64,000 bases of DNA, from positions 5,334,001-5,398,000 of the forward strand of contig OZ249436.1 of NCBI GenBank assembly GCA_965235115.1, read 5' to 3'. Within the stretch, counting starts at the first letter, position 1. Every line of letters begins with the position of its first letter. The notes beneath the pieces were generated by a model. It saw only the letters and a list, made by a program, of their open reading frames with translations, made no database searches and had not been told where the DNA came from. Below, in pieces: positions 38,001 through 52,063 of this stretch. Position numbers and translations under genes: made by a program. The stretch is from Laetmonice hystrix (Eukaryota).

Positions 38001-41000
38001 TCTACTGATTGGCCTCCCACAATGCTTGGCCCCACAGTGTAATGTTTGGCCTCACTGTACTCTTTGGCCTCACTGTAGTGTTCGCTTGGGTGCTAGGCCA
38101 CCCAGTATACCTTGTAGCGATTCCTCCCTCTACTGTTTGGCCTTCCTGTACCGTTTGCTTGTATACAAGAGTAGCCAGTAGTATAGGGACGCCTCATGTT
38201 TCATGTTTCCATGCTTTTATTGTCCAGGAGGCAGGCCATACGTTTCGGTTATCATCTACTCCAATCTAATCTGTGTCCCCTACAGACCATCGGTAAGCGT
38301 CCGACAACGTTGTCAGGTCGTCCCAATGACTGTTTGCCGTAAATGTTTTGTTAACAATGGCAAATGACGTTGTACGCCTTTTCTATATCAGATAACCTAT
38401 CCCCTAGTAACAAACAAACAAAGATGACACATCTAGAGATGATGCAGGCAGAAAACACCAGGGTGCAGCTCAGATGACTGCACTGCCGCCTTCCGGCCAG
38501 CGGTGGAATCACCACGTACACCTGGCCGGGCTGGCAGGCACCTGTGGTAAAAGCCGGTAAAATGTTGGGACTTCTCACTCTACTGGTTGGCCTCCCACAA
38601 TGCTTGGCCCCACAGTGTAATGTTTGGCCTCACTGTACTCTCTGGCCTCACTGTAGTGTTCGCTTGGGTGCTAAGCCACCCAGTATACCTTGTAGCGATC
38701 CCTCCCTCTACTGTTTGGCCTTCCGGTACCGTTTGCTTGTATACAAGAGTAGCCAGTAGTATAGGGACGCCTCATGTTTCATGTTTCCATGCCTTTATTG
38801 TCCAGGAGGCAGGCCATACGTTTCGGTTATCATCTACTCCAATCTAATCTGTGTCCCCTACAGACCATCGGTAAGCGCCCGACAACGTTGTCAGGTCGTC
38901 CCAATGACTGTTTGCCGTAAAGGTTTTGTTAACAATGGCAAATGACGTTGTACGCCTTTTCTATATCAGATATCCTATCCCCAAGTAACAAACAAACAAA
39001 GATTACACATCTAGAGATGCTGCAGGCAGAAAACACCAGGGTGCAGCTCAGCTGACTGCACTGCCGCCTTCCGGCCAGTGGTGGAATCACCACGTACACC
39101 TGTACGGGCTGGCAGGCACCTGTGGGTCTGAGGCGAGAGACAGGTTAAAGCAATGATAAGCGCAAAATGGCTACATTTTTGATACGTCAAACTGAAACTA
39201 CGCGCCCCAAAATCATGATTCTTCGGCCAGATGTAGAACTGTCAAACGTATAGGTCTCGTACGTTCGCTACAGATATATGGTTGTGATGTGTACACTTCC
39301 CATTTGAGTACCTTCTCCAGATTTTAACATTAGAATGTCCTCGCCTGTACCTTTCATTTCCAGCTACCTCACTGTAGTGTTTGCATGGCTGCTATAGGCC
39401 AGCCGGTAAAATGTTGGGACTTCTCACTCTACTGGTTGGCCTCCCACAATCCTTGGCCCCACAGTGTAATGTTTGGCCTCACTGTACTCTTTGGCCTCAC
39501 TGTAGTGTTCGCCTGGGTGCTAGGCCACCCAGTATACCTTGTAGCGATTCCTCCCTCTACTGTTTGGCCTTCCTGTACCGTTTGCTTGTATACAAGAGTA
39601 GCCAGTAGTATAGGGACGCCTCATGTTTCATGTTTCCATGCCTTTATTGTCCAGGAGGGAGGCCATACGTTTCGTTTATCATCTTCTCCAATCTAATCTG
39701 TGTGCCCTACAGACCATCGGTAAGCGTCCGACAACGTTGTCAGGTCGTCGCAATGACTGTTTGCCGTAAAGGTTTTGTTAACAATGGCAAATGACGTTGT
39801 ACGCCTTTTCTCTATCATTGGGGATACCGATCCTATCCCCAAGTAACAAACAAACAAAGATTACACATCTAGAGATGCTGCAGGCAGAAAACACCAGGGT
39901 GCAGCTCAGCTGACTGCACTGCCGCCTTCTGGCCAGCGGTGGAATCACCACGTACACCTGGCCGGGCTGGCAGGCACCTGTGGATCTGAGGCGAGAGACA
40001 GGTTAAAGCAATGATAAGCGCAAAATTGCTAAATTTTTGATACGTCAATTTGAAACTACGCCCCCCAAAATTATGATTCTTCGGCCACATGTAGAACTGT
40101 CAAGTGTATAGGTCTCGTACGTTCGCTACAGATATATGGTTGTGATGTGTACACTTCCCATTTGAGTATCTTCTCTAGATTTTAACATTAGAATGTCGTC
40201 GCCTGTACCTTTCATTTCTAGCTACCTCACTGTAGTGTTTGCATGACTGCTATAGGCCAGCCGGTAAAATGTTGGGACTTCTCACTCTACTGGTTGGCTT
40301 CCCACAATGCTTGGCCCCACAGTGTAATGTTTGGCCTCACTGTACACTTTGGCCTCACTGTAGTGTTAGCTTGGGTGCTAGGCCACCCAGTATACCTTGT
40401 AGCGATTCCTCCCTCTACTGTTTGGCCTTCCTTTACCGTTTGCTTGTATACAAGTGTAGCCAGTAGTATAGGGACGCCTCATGTTTCATGTTTCCATGCC
40501 TTTATTGTCCAGGAGGCAGGCCATACGTTTCGGTTATCATCTACTCCAATCTAATCTGTGTCCCCTACAGACGATCGGTAAGCGTCCGACAACGTTGTCA
40601 GGTCGTCCCAATGACTGTTTGCCGTAAAGGTTTTGTTAACAATGGCAAATGACGTTGTACGCCTTTTCTATATCAGATATCCTATCCCCAAGTAACAAAC
40701 AAAGACGACACATCTAGAGATGCTGTAGGCAGAAAACACCAGGGTGCAGCTCAGCTGACTGCACTGCCGCCTTCTGGCCAGCGGTGAAATCACCACGTAC
40801 ACCTGGCCGGGCTGGCAGGCACCTGTCGCTCTGAGGCGAGAGACAGGTTAAAGCAATGATAAGCGCAAAATGGCTACATTTTTGATACGTCAATTTGAAA
40901 CTACGCGCCCCAAAATTATGATTCTTAGGCCAGATGTAGAACTGTCAAACGTATGGGTCTCGTACGTTCGCTACACATATATAGTTGTGATGTGTACACT

Positions 41001-44000
41001 TCCCATTTGAGTATCTTCTCCAGATTTTAATATTAGAATGTCCTCGCCTGTACTTTTCATTTCCACTACCTCACTGTAGTGTTTCGATGGCTGCTATAGG
41101 CCAGCCGGTAAAATGTTGGGACTTCTCACTCTACTGATTGGCCTCCCACAATGCTTGGCCCCACAGTGTAATGTTTGGCCTCACTGTACTCTTTGGCCTC
41201 ACTGTAGTGTTCGCTTGGGTGCTAGGCCACCCAGTATACCTTGTAGCGATTCCTCCCTCTACTGTTTGGCCTTCCTGTACCGTTTGCTTGTATACAAGAG
41301 TAGCCAGTAGTATAGGGACGCCTCATGTTTCATGTTTCCATGCTTTTATTTTCCAGGAGGCAGGCCATACGTTTCGGTTATCATCTACTCCAATCTAATC
41401 TGTGTCCCCTACAGACCATCGGTAAGCGTCCGACAACGTTGTCAGGTCGTCCCAATGACTGTTTGCCGTAAATGTTTTGTTAACAATGGCAAATGACGTT
41501 GTACGCCTTTTCTATATCAGATAACCTATCCCCTAGTAACAAACAAACAAAGATGACACATCTAGAGATGATGCAGGCAGAAAACACCAGGGTGCAGCTC
41601 AGATGACTGCACTGCCGCCTTCCGGCCAGCGGTGGAATCACCACGTACACCTGGCCGGGCTGGCAGGCACCTGTGGTAAAAGCCGGTAAAATGTTGGGAC
41701 TTCTCACTCTACTGGTTGGCCTCCCACAATGCTTGGCCCCACAGTGTAATGTTTGGCCTCACTGTACTCTCTGGCCTCACTGTAGTGTTCGCTTGGGTGC
41801 TAAGCCACCCAGTATACCTTGTAGCGATCCCTCCCTCTACTGTTTGGCCTTCCGGTACCGTTTGCTTGTATACAAGAGTAGCCAGTAGTATAGGGACGCC
41901 TCATGTTTCATGTTTCCATGCCTTTATTGTCCAGGAGGCAGGCCATACGTTTCGGTTATCATCTACTCCAATCTAATCTGTGTCCCCTACAGACCATCGG
42001 TAAGCGCCCGACAACGTTGTCAGGTCGTCCCAATGACTGTTTGCCGTAAAGGTTTTGTTAACAATGGCAAATGACGTTGTACGCCTTTTCTATATCAGAT
42101 ATCCTATCCCCAAGTAACAAACAAACAAAGATTACACATCTAGAGATGCTGCAGGCAGAAAACACCAGGGTGCAGCTCAGCTGACTGCACTGCCGCCTTC
42201 CGGCCAGTGGTGGAATCACCACGTACACCTGTACGGGCTGGCAGGCACCTGTGGGTCTGAGGCGAGAGACAGGTTAAAGCAATGATAAGCGCAAAATGGC
42301 TACATTTTTGATACGTCAAACTGAAACTACGCGCCCCAAAATCATGATTCTTCGGCCAGATGTAGAACTGTCAAACGTATAGGTCTCGTACGTTCGCTAC
42401 AGATATATGGTTGTGATGTGTACACTTCCCATTTGAGTACCTTCTCCAGATTTTAACATTAGAATGTCCTCGCCTGTACCTTTCATTTCCAGCTACCTCA
42501 CTGTAGTGTTTGCATGGCTGCTATAGGCCAGCCGGTAAAATGTTGGGACTTCTCACTCTACTGGTTGGCCTCCCACAATCCTTGGCCCCACAGTGTAATG
42601 TTTGGCCTCACTGTACTCTTTGGCCTCACTGTAGTGTTCGCCTGGGTGCTAGGCCACCCAGTATACCTTGTAGCGATTCCTCCCTCTACTGTTTGGCCTT
42701 CCTGTACCGTTTGCTTGTATACAAGAGTAGCCAGTAGTATAGGGACGCCTCATGTTTCATGTTTCCATGCCTTTATTGTCCAGGAGGGAGGCCATACGTT
42801 TCGGTTATCATCTACTCCTATCTAATCTGTGTCCCCTACAGACTATCGGTAAGCGTCCGACAACGTTGTCAGGTCGTCGCAATGACTGTTTGCCATAAAG
42901 GTTTTGTTAACAATGGCAAATGACGTTGTACGCCTTTTCTCTATCATTGGGGATACCGATCCTATCCCCAAGTAACAAACAAACAAAGATTACACATCTA
43001 GAGATGCTGCAGGCAGAAAACATCAGGGTGCAGCTCAGCTGACTGCACTGCCGCCTTCTGGCCAGCGGTGGAATCACCACGTACACCTGGCCGGGCTGGC
43101 AGGCACCTGTGGGTCTGAGGCGAGAGACAGGTTAAAGCAATGATAAGCGCAAAATGGCTACATTTTTGATACGTCAATTTGAAACTACGCCCCCCAAAAT
43201 TATGATTCTTCGGCCACATGTAGAACTGTCAAGTGTATAGGTCTCGTACGTTCGCTACAGATATATGGTTGTGATGTGTACACTTCCCATTTGAGTATCT
43301 TCTCCAGATTTTAACATTAGAATGTCGTCGCCTGTACCTTTCATTTCCAGCTACCTCACTGTAGTGTTTGCATGACTGCTATAGGCCAGCCGGTAAAATG
43401 TTGGGACTTCTCACTCTACTGGTTGGCCTCCCACAATGCTTGGCCCCACAGTGTAATGTTTGGCCTCACTGTACACTTTGGCCTCACTGTAGTGTTAGCT
43501 TGGGTGCTAGGCCACCCACTATACCTTGTAGCGATTCCTCCCTCTACTGTTTGGCCTTCCGGTACCGTTTGCTTGTATACAAGTGTAGCCAGTAGTATAG
43601 GGACGCCTCATGTTTCATGTTTCCATGCCTTTATTGTCCAGGAGGCAGGCCATACGTTTCGGTTATCATCTACTCCAATCTAATCTGTGTCCCCTACAGA
43701 CGATCGGTAAGCGTCCGACAACGTTGTCAGGTCGTCCCAATGACTGTTTGCCGTAAAGGTTTTGTTAACAATGGCAAATGACGTTGTACGCCTTTTCTAT
43801 ATCAGATATCCTATCCCCAAGTAACAAACAAAGACGACACATCTAGAGATGCTGTAGGCAGAAAACACCAGGGTGCAGCTCAGCTGACTGCACTGCCGCC
43901 TTCTGGCCAGCGGTGAAATCACCACGTACACCTGGCCGGGCGGGCAGGCACCTGTCGCTCTGAGGCGAGAGACAGGTTAAAGCAATGATAAGCGCAAAAT

Positions 44001-47000
44001 GGCTACATTTTTGATACGTCAATTTGAAACTACGCCCCCAAAAATTATGATTCTTAGGCCAGATGTAGAACTGTCAAACGTATAGGTCTCGTACGTTCGC
44101 TACAGATATATGGTTGTGATGTGTACACTTCCCATTTGAGTATCTTCTCCAGATTTTAACATTAGAATGTCCTCGCCTGTACCTTTCATTTCCACTACCT
44201 CACTGTAGTGTTTGCATGGCTGCTATAGGCCAGCCGGTAAGATTTTGGGACTTCTCACTCTACTGGTTGGCCTCCCACAATGCTTGGTCCCAAAATGTAA
44301 TGTTTGGCCTCACTGTACTCTTTGGCCTCACTGTAGTGTTCGCTTGGGTGCTAGGCCACCCAGTATACCTTGTAGCGATTCCTCCCTCTACTGGTTGGCC
44401 TTCCTGAACCGTTTGCTTGTATACAAGAGTAGCCAATAGCATAGGGACGCCTCATGTTTCATGTTTCCATGCCTTTATTGTCCATGAGGCAGGCCATACG
44501 TTTCGTTTATCATCTACTCCAATCTAATCTGTGTCCCCTACAGACCATCGGTAAGCGTCCGACAACGTTGTCAGGTCGTCGCAATGACTGTTTGCCGTCA
44601 AGGTTTTGTTAACAATGGCAGATGACGTTGTACGCCTTTTCTATATCATTGGGGATACCGATCCTATCCCCAAGTAACAAACAAACAAAGATGACACATC
44701 TAGAGATGCTGCAGGCAGAAAACACCAGGGTGCAGCTCAGCTGACTGCACTGCCGCCTTCTGGCCAGCGGTGAAATCACCACGTACACCTGGCCGGGCTG
44801 GCAGGCACCTGTGGCTCTGAGGCGAGAGACAAGTTAAAGCAATGATAAGCGCAAAATGGCTACATTTTTGATACGTCAAATTGAAACTACGCGCCCCAAA
44901 ATTATGATTCTTAGGCCAGATGTAGAACTGTCAAACGTATAGGTCTCGTACGTTCGCTACAGATATATGGTTGTGATGTGTACACTTCCCATTTGAGTAT
45001 CTTCTCCAGATTTTAACATTAGAATGTCCTCGCCTGTACCTTTCATTTCCAGCTACCTCACTGTAGTGTTTGCATGGCTCCTATAGGCCAGCCGGTAAAA
45101 TCTTGGGACTTCTCACTCTACTGATTGGCCTCCCACAATGCTTGGCCCCACAGTGTAATGTTTGGCCTCACTGTACTCTTTGGCCTCACTGTAGTGTTCG
45201 CTTGGGTGCTATGCCACCCAGTATACCTTGTAGCGATTCCTCCCTGTACTGTTTGGCCTCCCTGTACCGTTTGCTTGTATACAAGAGTAGCCAGTAGTAT
45301 AGGGACGCCTCATGTTTCATGTTTCCATGCCTTTATTGTCCAGGAGGCAGGCCATACGTTTCGTCTATCATCTACTCCCATCTCATCTTTGTCCCCTACA
45401 GACCATCGGTAAGCGTCCGACAACGTTGTCAGGTCGTCCCAATGACTGTTTGCCGTAAAGGTTTTGTTCGCAATGGCAAATGACGTTGTACGCCTTTTCT
45501 AAATTAGATATCCCATCCCCAAATAACAAAAAAAGAAAGATTACACATCTAGAGATTTTGCAGGCAGAAAACACCAGGGTGCAGCGCAGCTGACTGTACT
45601 GCCGCCTTCCGGCCAGCGGTGGAATCACCACGTACACCTGGCCGGGCTGGCAGGCACCTGTGGCTCTGAGGCGAGAGACAGGTTAAAGCAATGATAAGCG
45701 CAAAATGGCTACATTTTTGATACGTCAAATTGAAACTACGCCCCCCAAAATTATGATTCTTAGGCCAGATGTATAACTGTCAAACGTATAGCTCTCGTAC
45801 GTTCGCTACACATATATAGTTGTGATGTGTACACTTCCCATTTGAGTATCTTCTCCAGATTTTAATATTAGAATGTCCTCGCCTGTACTTTTCATTTCCA
45901 CTACCTCACTGTAGTGTTTCGATGGCTGCTAAGGGGGAAGCCGGTAAGATGTTGGGACTTTTCACTCTACTGGTTGGCCTCCCACAATGTTTGGCTCCAC
46001 AGTGTACTCTTTGGCCTCACTGTAGTGTTCGCTTGGCTGCTAGGCCAACCAGTATACCTTGTAGCGATTCCTCCCTGTACTGTTTGACCTCCCTGTACCG
46101 TTTGCTTGTATACAAGAGTAGCCAGTAGTATAGGGACGCCTCATGTTTCATGTTTCCATGCCTTTATTGTCCAGGAGGCAGGCCATAAGTTTCGTTTATC
46201 ATCTACTCCAATCTAATCTGTGTCCCCTACAGACCATCGGTAAGCGTCCGACAACGTTGTCAGGTCGTCCCAATGACTGTTTGCCGTAAAGGTTTTGTTA
46301 ACAATGGCAAGTGACGTTGCACGCCTTTTCTATATTAGATATTCCATCCCCAAGTAACAAACACACAAAGAAAGAATACACAGAGATGTTGCAGGCAGAA
46401 ACACCAGGGTGCAGCGCAGCTGACTGCACTGCCGCCTTCCGGCCAGCGGTGGAATCACCACGTACACCTGGCCGGGCTGGCAGGCACCTGTGGCTCTGAG
46501 GCGAGAGACAGGTTAAAGCAATGATAAGCGCAAAATGGCTACATTTTTGATACGTGAAATTGAAACTACGCCCACCAAAAATTATGATTCTTAGGCCAGA
46601 TGTAGAACTGTCAAACGTATAGGTCTCGTACGTTCGCTACACATATATAGTTGTGATGTGTACACTTCCCATTTGAGTATCTTCTCCAGATTTTAATATT
46701 AGAATGTCCTCGCCTGTACTTTTCATTTCCACTACCTCACTGTAGTGTTTCGATGGCTGCTACAGGCCAGCCGGTAAGATGTTGGGACTTTTCACTCTAC
46801 TGGCTGGCCTCCCACAATGTTTGGCCCCACAGTGTACACTTGGCCTCACTGTAGTGTTCGCTTGGCTGCTAGGCCAACCAGTATGTATACCTTGTAGCGA
46901 TTCCTCCCTGTACTGTTTGGCCTCCCTGTACCGTCTGCTTGTATACAAGAGTAGCCAGTAGTATAGGGACGCCTCATGTTTCATGTTTCCATGCCTTTAT

Positions 47001-47810
47001 TGTCCAGGAGGCAGGCCATAAGTTTCGTTTATCATCTACTCCAATCTAATCTGTGTCCCCTACAGACCATCGGTAAGCGTCCGACAACGTTGTCAGGTCG
47101 TCCCAATGACTGTTTGCCGTAAAGGTTTTGTTAACAATGGCAAATGACGTTGTACGCCTTTTCTATATTAGATATCCCATCCCCATGTACCAAACACACA
47201 AAGAAAGAATACACAGAGATGTTGCAGCCAGAAAACACCAGGGTGCAGCGCAGCTGACTGCACTGCCGCCTTCCGGCCAGCGGTGGAATCACCACGTACA
47301 CCTGGCCGGGCTGGCAGGCACCTGTGGCTCTGGGGCGAGAGACAGGTTAAAGCAGTGATAAGCGCAAAATGGCTACATTTTTGATACGTCAAATTGAAAC
47401 TTCGCCCCCAAAATTATGATTCTTAGGCCAGATGTAACTGTCAAACGTATAGGTCTCGTACGTTCGCTACAGATGTATGGTTGTGATGTGTACACTTCTA
47501 ATTTGAGTATCTTCTCCGGTTTTTAATATTAGAATGTCCTCGCCTGTACCTTTCATTTGGGTGCTAGGCCAGCCAGTATACCTTGTAGCCATTCTTCCCT
47601 GTACTGTTTGGCCTCCCTGTACCGTTTGCTTGTATACAAGAGTAGCCAGTAGTATAGGGACGCCTCATGTTTCATGTTTCCATGCCTTTATTGTCCAGGA
47701 GGCAAGCCATACCTTTCGTCTATCATCTACTCCCATCTAATCTCTGTCCCCTACAGACCATCTGTAAGCGTCCGACAACGTTGTCAGGTCGTCCCAATGA
47801 CTGTTTGCCG
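35030..47810. repeat. ~850-bp macrosatellite, block 2 (about 16 monomers; 3129-bp higher-order repeat; increasingly diverged toward the right edge)
   Basis: Equivalent positions 35723, 36581, 37425, 38269, 38847, 39696, 40554, 41398, 41976, 42825, 43683, then degenerate units to 47740. Confidence 0.97.
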
Positions 47811-49530
47811 ATCTGTTGGCATTGTACAAATACCATGTGTTTCTTGAAAGTGTTCAAAATACATGCCAGTCAATACATGTAGGGGGGGCCCTCACTGTAG
47901 TGTTTGCTCCAGCCCAAGGAAAGTCAATACACGTTCGGAGCCATCACTGTAGAGTTTGCTCCATTCTAAGGTTAGCCAATACATGTATAGAGCCCTCACT
48001 GCAGTGGTCGCTAGAGTATAAGGCCAGTCAGTACATGTGGTGAGCCCTCACTATAGTGTTTGCTCGAATATAGGGCCAGACAGTACATCTTGGGAGCCGT
48101 TCGCCGATTAAGATGTAAATTTTTGGCTTAGGATTGCAGAATCCTCACCGGGAAGCGCCGCAGGTGCCCAGTATCCCGGCCAGGTATACGTGGTGATTCC
48201 ATCGGAAGCCGGAAGGTGGCGGAGCCCGGCCAGGTGTACGTGGTGTTTCGATCGGAAACCGAAAGGTGGCACTGCAGTCGGACGCGCCGCTTTAGTACAG
48301 CACGGCGGCGTTTGCCTGCAACATCTCTCTAACCTTCATGCTTGGGGATGGGATATCTGATGTAGAAAAGTCGTACGACCATTTCATTTGCCATTGCTAA
48401 TTAAACCTTTACGGCAAATTCCCATTGGAAATACTTGACAACGTGGTCGCACGCTTACAGGCGGTCTGTAGGGGAAACAGATCAGGCCTAGATGGTGGTA
48501 GTAAATGATCGACCAAACGTATCCGCTGCCTCCTGGATAGTAATGGCATGGAATCATGAAATGAGGGGACATTAATAAATATGGTGTATGTGTACAAAAC
48601 GAGCAGGTTTTATACCAACAATCTCCCCGTTTCTGTCAACTTTGAGAATCCGAGAGTGTGTGCCAACTTGATATTTTTCCTATGTGTGTCATTGCTACCT
48701 TCTCGAGTCTGCACAAATATGCTTGTACTGGCCAGGGAATGATTTAAAACGCTAAGTATCTGTTTAATATAAGATTGGGTCCTTATTGCAAAGATTGTAT
48801 GCATATCTGGTATTGTAATTCGCTACTGGAATTTTCGCAGAGTATTCATCTCGTACGTTCGCTCATAGAAAAGAGAGCACTCAATCTTCACTATTTAAGG
48901 GGCATCGAAGTATTTCTATATCAAAAGCATGTAATATTATTACTTCCATCTGTTGGCATTGTACAAATATCATGTGCTTCTTGAAAGTATTCAAAATACA
49001 TGCCAGTCAATACATGTAGGGAGCCCTCACTGTAGTGTTTGCTCGAGTATAAAGCCAGTCAATACATGTAGAAAGCCCTCACTGTAGTGTTTGCTCCAGC
49101 CCAAGGGCAGTCAATACATGTGGGGAGCCATAACTGCAGTGTTTCCTCCAGTCTAAGGCCAGCCAATACATGAAGAGAGCCCTCACTGTAGTCTTCGCTA
49201 GAGTATAAGGCCATGCAGTCAGTACATGTGGTGAGCCCTCACTGTAGTGTTTGCTCGAGTATAAGGCCAGACAGTACATCTTGGGAGCCGTTCGCCGATT
49301 AAGATGTATATCTTTAGCTTAGGTCTGTAGGGGAAAACAGATCAGGCCTAGATGGTGGTAGTAAATGATCGACCAAACGTATCCCCTGCCTCCTGGATAG
49401 TAATGGCATGGAAACATGAAATGAGGTGACATTAATAAATGGCAATGGTGTATGTGTACAAAACGAGCAGGTTTTATACCAACAATCTCCCCGTTTCTGT
49501 ATGCTTTGAGAAGCCGAGAGTGTGTGCCAA
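47811..49530. repeat. Related, rearranged ~1.14-kb repeat (one full and one internally deleted copy) containing an inverted homolog of part of the satellite monomer and ~43-bp subrepeats
   Basis: ATCTGTTGGCATTGTACAAATA at 47811 and 48948; GGTCTGTAGGGGAAA..GATCAGGCCTAGATGG at ~48463 and ~49322. 48175-48570 is a diverged reverse complement of the monomer segment CCTCATGTTTC...CACCACGTACACCTGGCCGGG. Confidence 0.85.
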
Positions 49531-49796
49531 ATGGATTCCCATTCCACATGAAAGAGAATAGCGGCAATCTATCGGACCGTTGTATTAAACTGGAAACCCG
49601 ACATTTCAGAATTTCAGAGATTTAAAAATGTCGGGTTTCCCAATGGATGTTATCAGAAAAAGTTCATAGAGTCTAGGCCTATTGGTTGAAGAGACCAAAG
49701 ATATTCAAATATGTGTCCATAGCAAACGAGACATTGTCATGGTTACGATCCTCGACCCTACCATCTCTTTCCTTGTAAACGTCTGACCACTGACCT

Positions 49797-50071
49797 CAGT
49801 GGCGTATCCAGGGGGGTTTCGAGGTATCCCGGAACCCCCCCCCCCCTTAAAAAATTACTATATTAAGGACATTTTGGTAAAAAAAAGGGGATGTAAAATG
49901 CATTAGTTTAACCAAAGGAAACCTGCATATTTCCACACAAAATGTCCCGAGATTGCATTATTTGATGTCCTTTTTTAAATTCCCAGAGAACCACGGCCTA
50001 ATGGCCACCTCTGAAGTAGGCCTACCTAAACTTCGGAAACCACCCTTAAAAAGATTCTGGATACGCCACTG
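49797..50071. mobile_element. hAT-like MITE (TIR CAGTGGCGTATCCAG, 5-bp TSD GACCT)
   Basis: Perfect 15-bp TIRs, TSD at 49792-49796 and 50072-50076. Confidence 0.8.
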
Positions 50072-50257
50072 GACCTGTACGTTTAGCCTATACAGTCTCA
50101 GTCGGTTGCCAAAGTTAACGAAGCGTTACCATGTAAAGTGTAGGCATACACCTGTGAAGACATTTTTTGTCTGGAGACTCTGAAACAGGAAACGTGAATC
50201 ACTCAAGGTGGGCTGTTGCAAAGCAGCCAACCGTATTCGTGTACCCCCTACATATCC

Positions 50258-50351
50258 ACCTATTCTTCTTACACCTGTCATCGCGTGCACAATGAAGGCT
50301 TTTATAAAAGCCTTCATTGTGCACGCGATGACAGGTGTAAGAAGAATAGGT
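50258..50351. repeat. 94-bp perfect spacer-less palindrome
   Basis: ACCTATTCTTCTTACACCTGTCATCGCGTGCACAATGAAGGCTTTTA|TAAAAGCCTTCATTGTGCACGCGATGACAGGTGTAAGAAGAATAGGT. Confidence 0.95.
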
Positions 50352-52063
50352 ACCACAAATTAGATATGTGACCAATTAGAGGTGGTAGGTCAGAAACTAG
50401 GCCGTCCGTCCCAGTTCCCGCTAGGTCTGACACAGGTATGGTTAGATGGAATCTCACTCGCTGCCAGGCAACGGTTGGCTAGTGCCTGTACAGAGGTATA
50501 AGGATAGTGCGCGGATCGAAACGACAGCATATCATCCCGCGCTTGGCATCCAGGTGGAATCCAGTCAGTAACCGTCTGTGGTAGGTTGGTTTACGTCTTA
50601 TATAATCCTAGACAGTGACGTCAAGATAATCTTTAGAGATTACAATCGTTGTGTAGTGAGGAGGAACTCCGCTGGCAGGTAGAATGCCGTAGCCCTACAC
50701 GGTCCGATGGGTCATAGACCGCGTAGTTAGAGAATTTTACGTCTAACTGTTATGGATTTCTTTAGGATATTCACCGGGTGTATCTCGTACACATGAGCAT
50801 AGTTTTGATCAAGTGACTGCGGGAAGCCTACTTAACCTTAAGCCACATCAGTGATTATAAAATATTATATGATCAGAAATGGTCTTATAGCTAAGAGGAT
50901 CGGCGTCGGCAACCTTGGCAACAAGCTGGGGTGCGTTTCACAACTATCGTTATCCTCTCTAATCCTCTCTTTAAAATCCCCATTGAAAATACGTTGGTGT
51001 TAAAGGGGAACCCTGACTATAATTAGGGCCAACATGGCACCTGCCCCAGTAGCCCAGCAGACAGGTCTCCACCCCATTTTTCAAATGTTTGCTATGAAAC
51101 AGAGAACATAATGCCTACAATGTAGACTCCTCTAGGCCTACTTAAAAACTGTTCTATTAAAAGCAGAAGATACATGGAACAATAATATACACTTGACATG
51201 AAAATCCACCCAAACTCTTTTCTGATATATGTGACAGAAAATCTATGTTCTTTATGTGTTGGTTAATATGAATTTACCAGTGGGCTAAGTGGCACAAGCT
51301 AACGACAGGTTAGGAAACGCGCCCCTGAGATCGATAACCCAGGGTCTGGTAGCGTCTGCTCCGGCCCAGCACGGGGTGTGGTAGGGTGATCCAGAGTGGC
51401 CAACCAGTGAAAGACGCGAGACTCCATTATTATTGTGCAGGACATAATTGTTTGTCGTACGTCACGCCAGTGACTCTCTGTCTCTCTTGAGTTGTACAGA
51501 GAGGAAGATAGAAATCAGTGTTAACTTACAATTCGTTGAAAGAAACAAACCAAAGCAATTAGATACAGCCATGGAAACAATTGGTTTTGGACGTCATACC
51601 CGTATAAATGTCCGCCATACTGCAAATCTCTGGACATTGAGGCTACCTGACGATCTTCGTCTCGAGTACCTTGTTGTCGGTCGCCGTTTTCTCGATTTTT
51701 TTTTTACAATTTTCATCAATATCCTTTAATATAATTAATTAGCAGTAAAAATATATAGACCGTCGTTGTATTTTTATTCCACCAGAAGAAATATTTATGG
51801 CTCAGCCAAATTGCATTCTTCGCTATTGTGACATTGGTTTTGAGTGCCGTTGGTAGAAGAAATAATTATGTAAAGAATTTTAAACAAAAAACAGTTTGGT
51901 TTGAGGGGTGTGTCAGCGTATATAGCGGCGTTGATTTCTAGCTGTAACAGGTAAGAACATAGCGCCACCCTCTTGCTGACGGCAAGGGCGATGCCTATAC
52001 ACATCATTGAGCATGTGCATTAAAAAGTTGGTCTATGATGTCGGATTTTTGATGTTATGCCCC

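Noticed and set aside
16316..47740. Repeated 71-103 aa ORFs in the satellite (e.g. MLGLLTLLVGLPQCLAPQC..., which looks like a signal peptide plus Cys-rich peptide)
   Set aside because: They overlap in several frames, many begin at non-ATG codons, and edge copies are frameshifted or truncated. No recognisable domain or splice structure. Recurrence is explained by the DNA repeat. RNA-seq or Ribo-seq would be needed to revive them.
51000..51728. Possible Kolobok-type element (TTAA-AGGGG ... CCT-TTAA)
   Set aside because: The ends match for only ~3 bp beyond TTAA, so TIRs are not supported.
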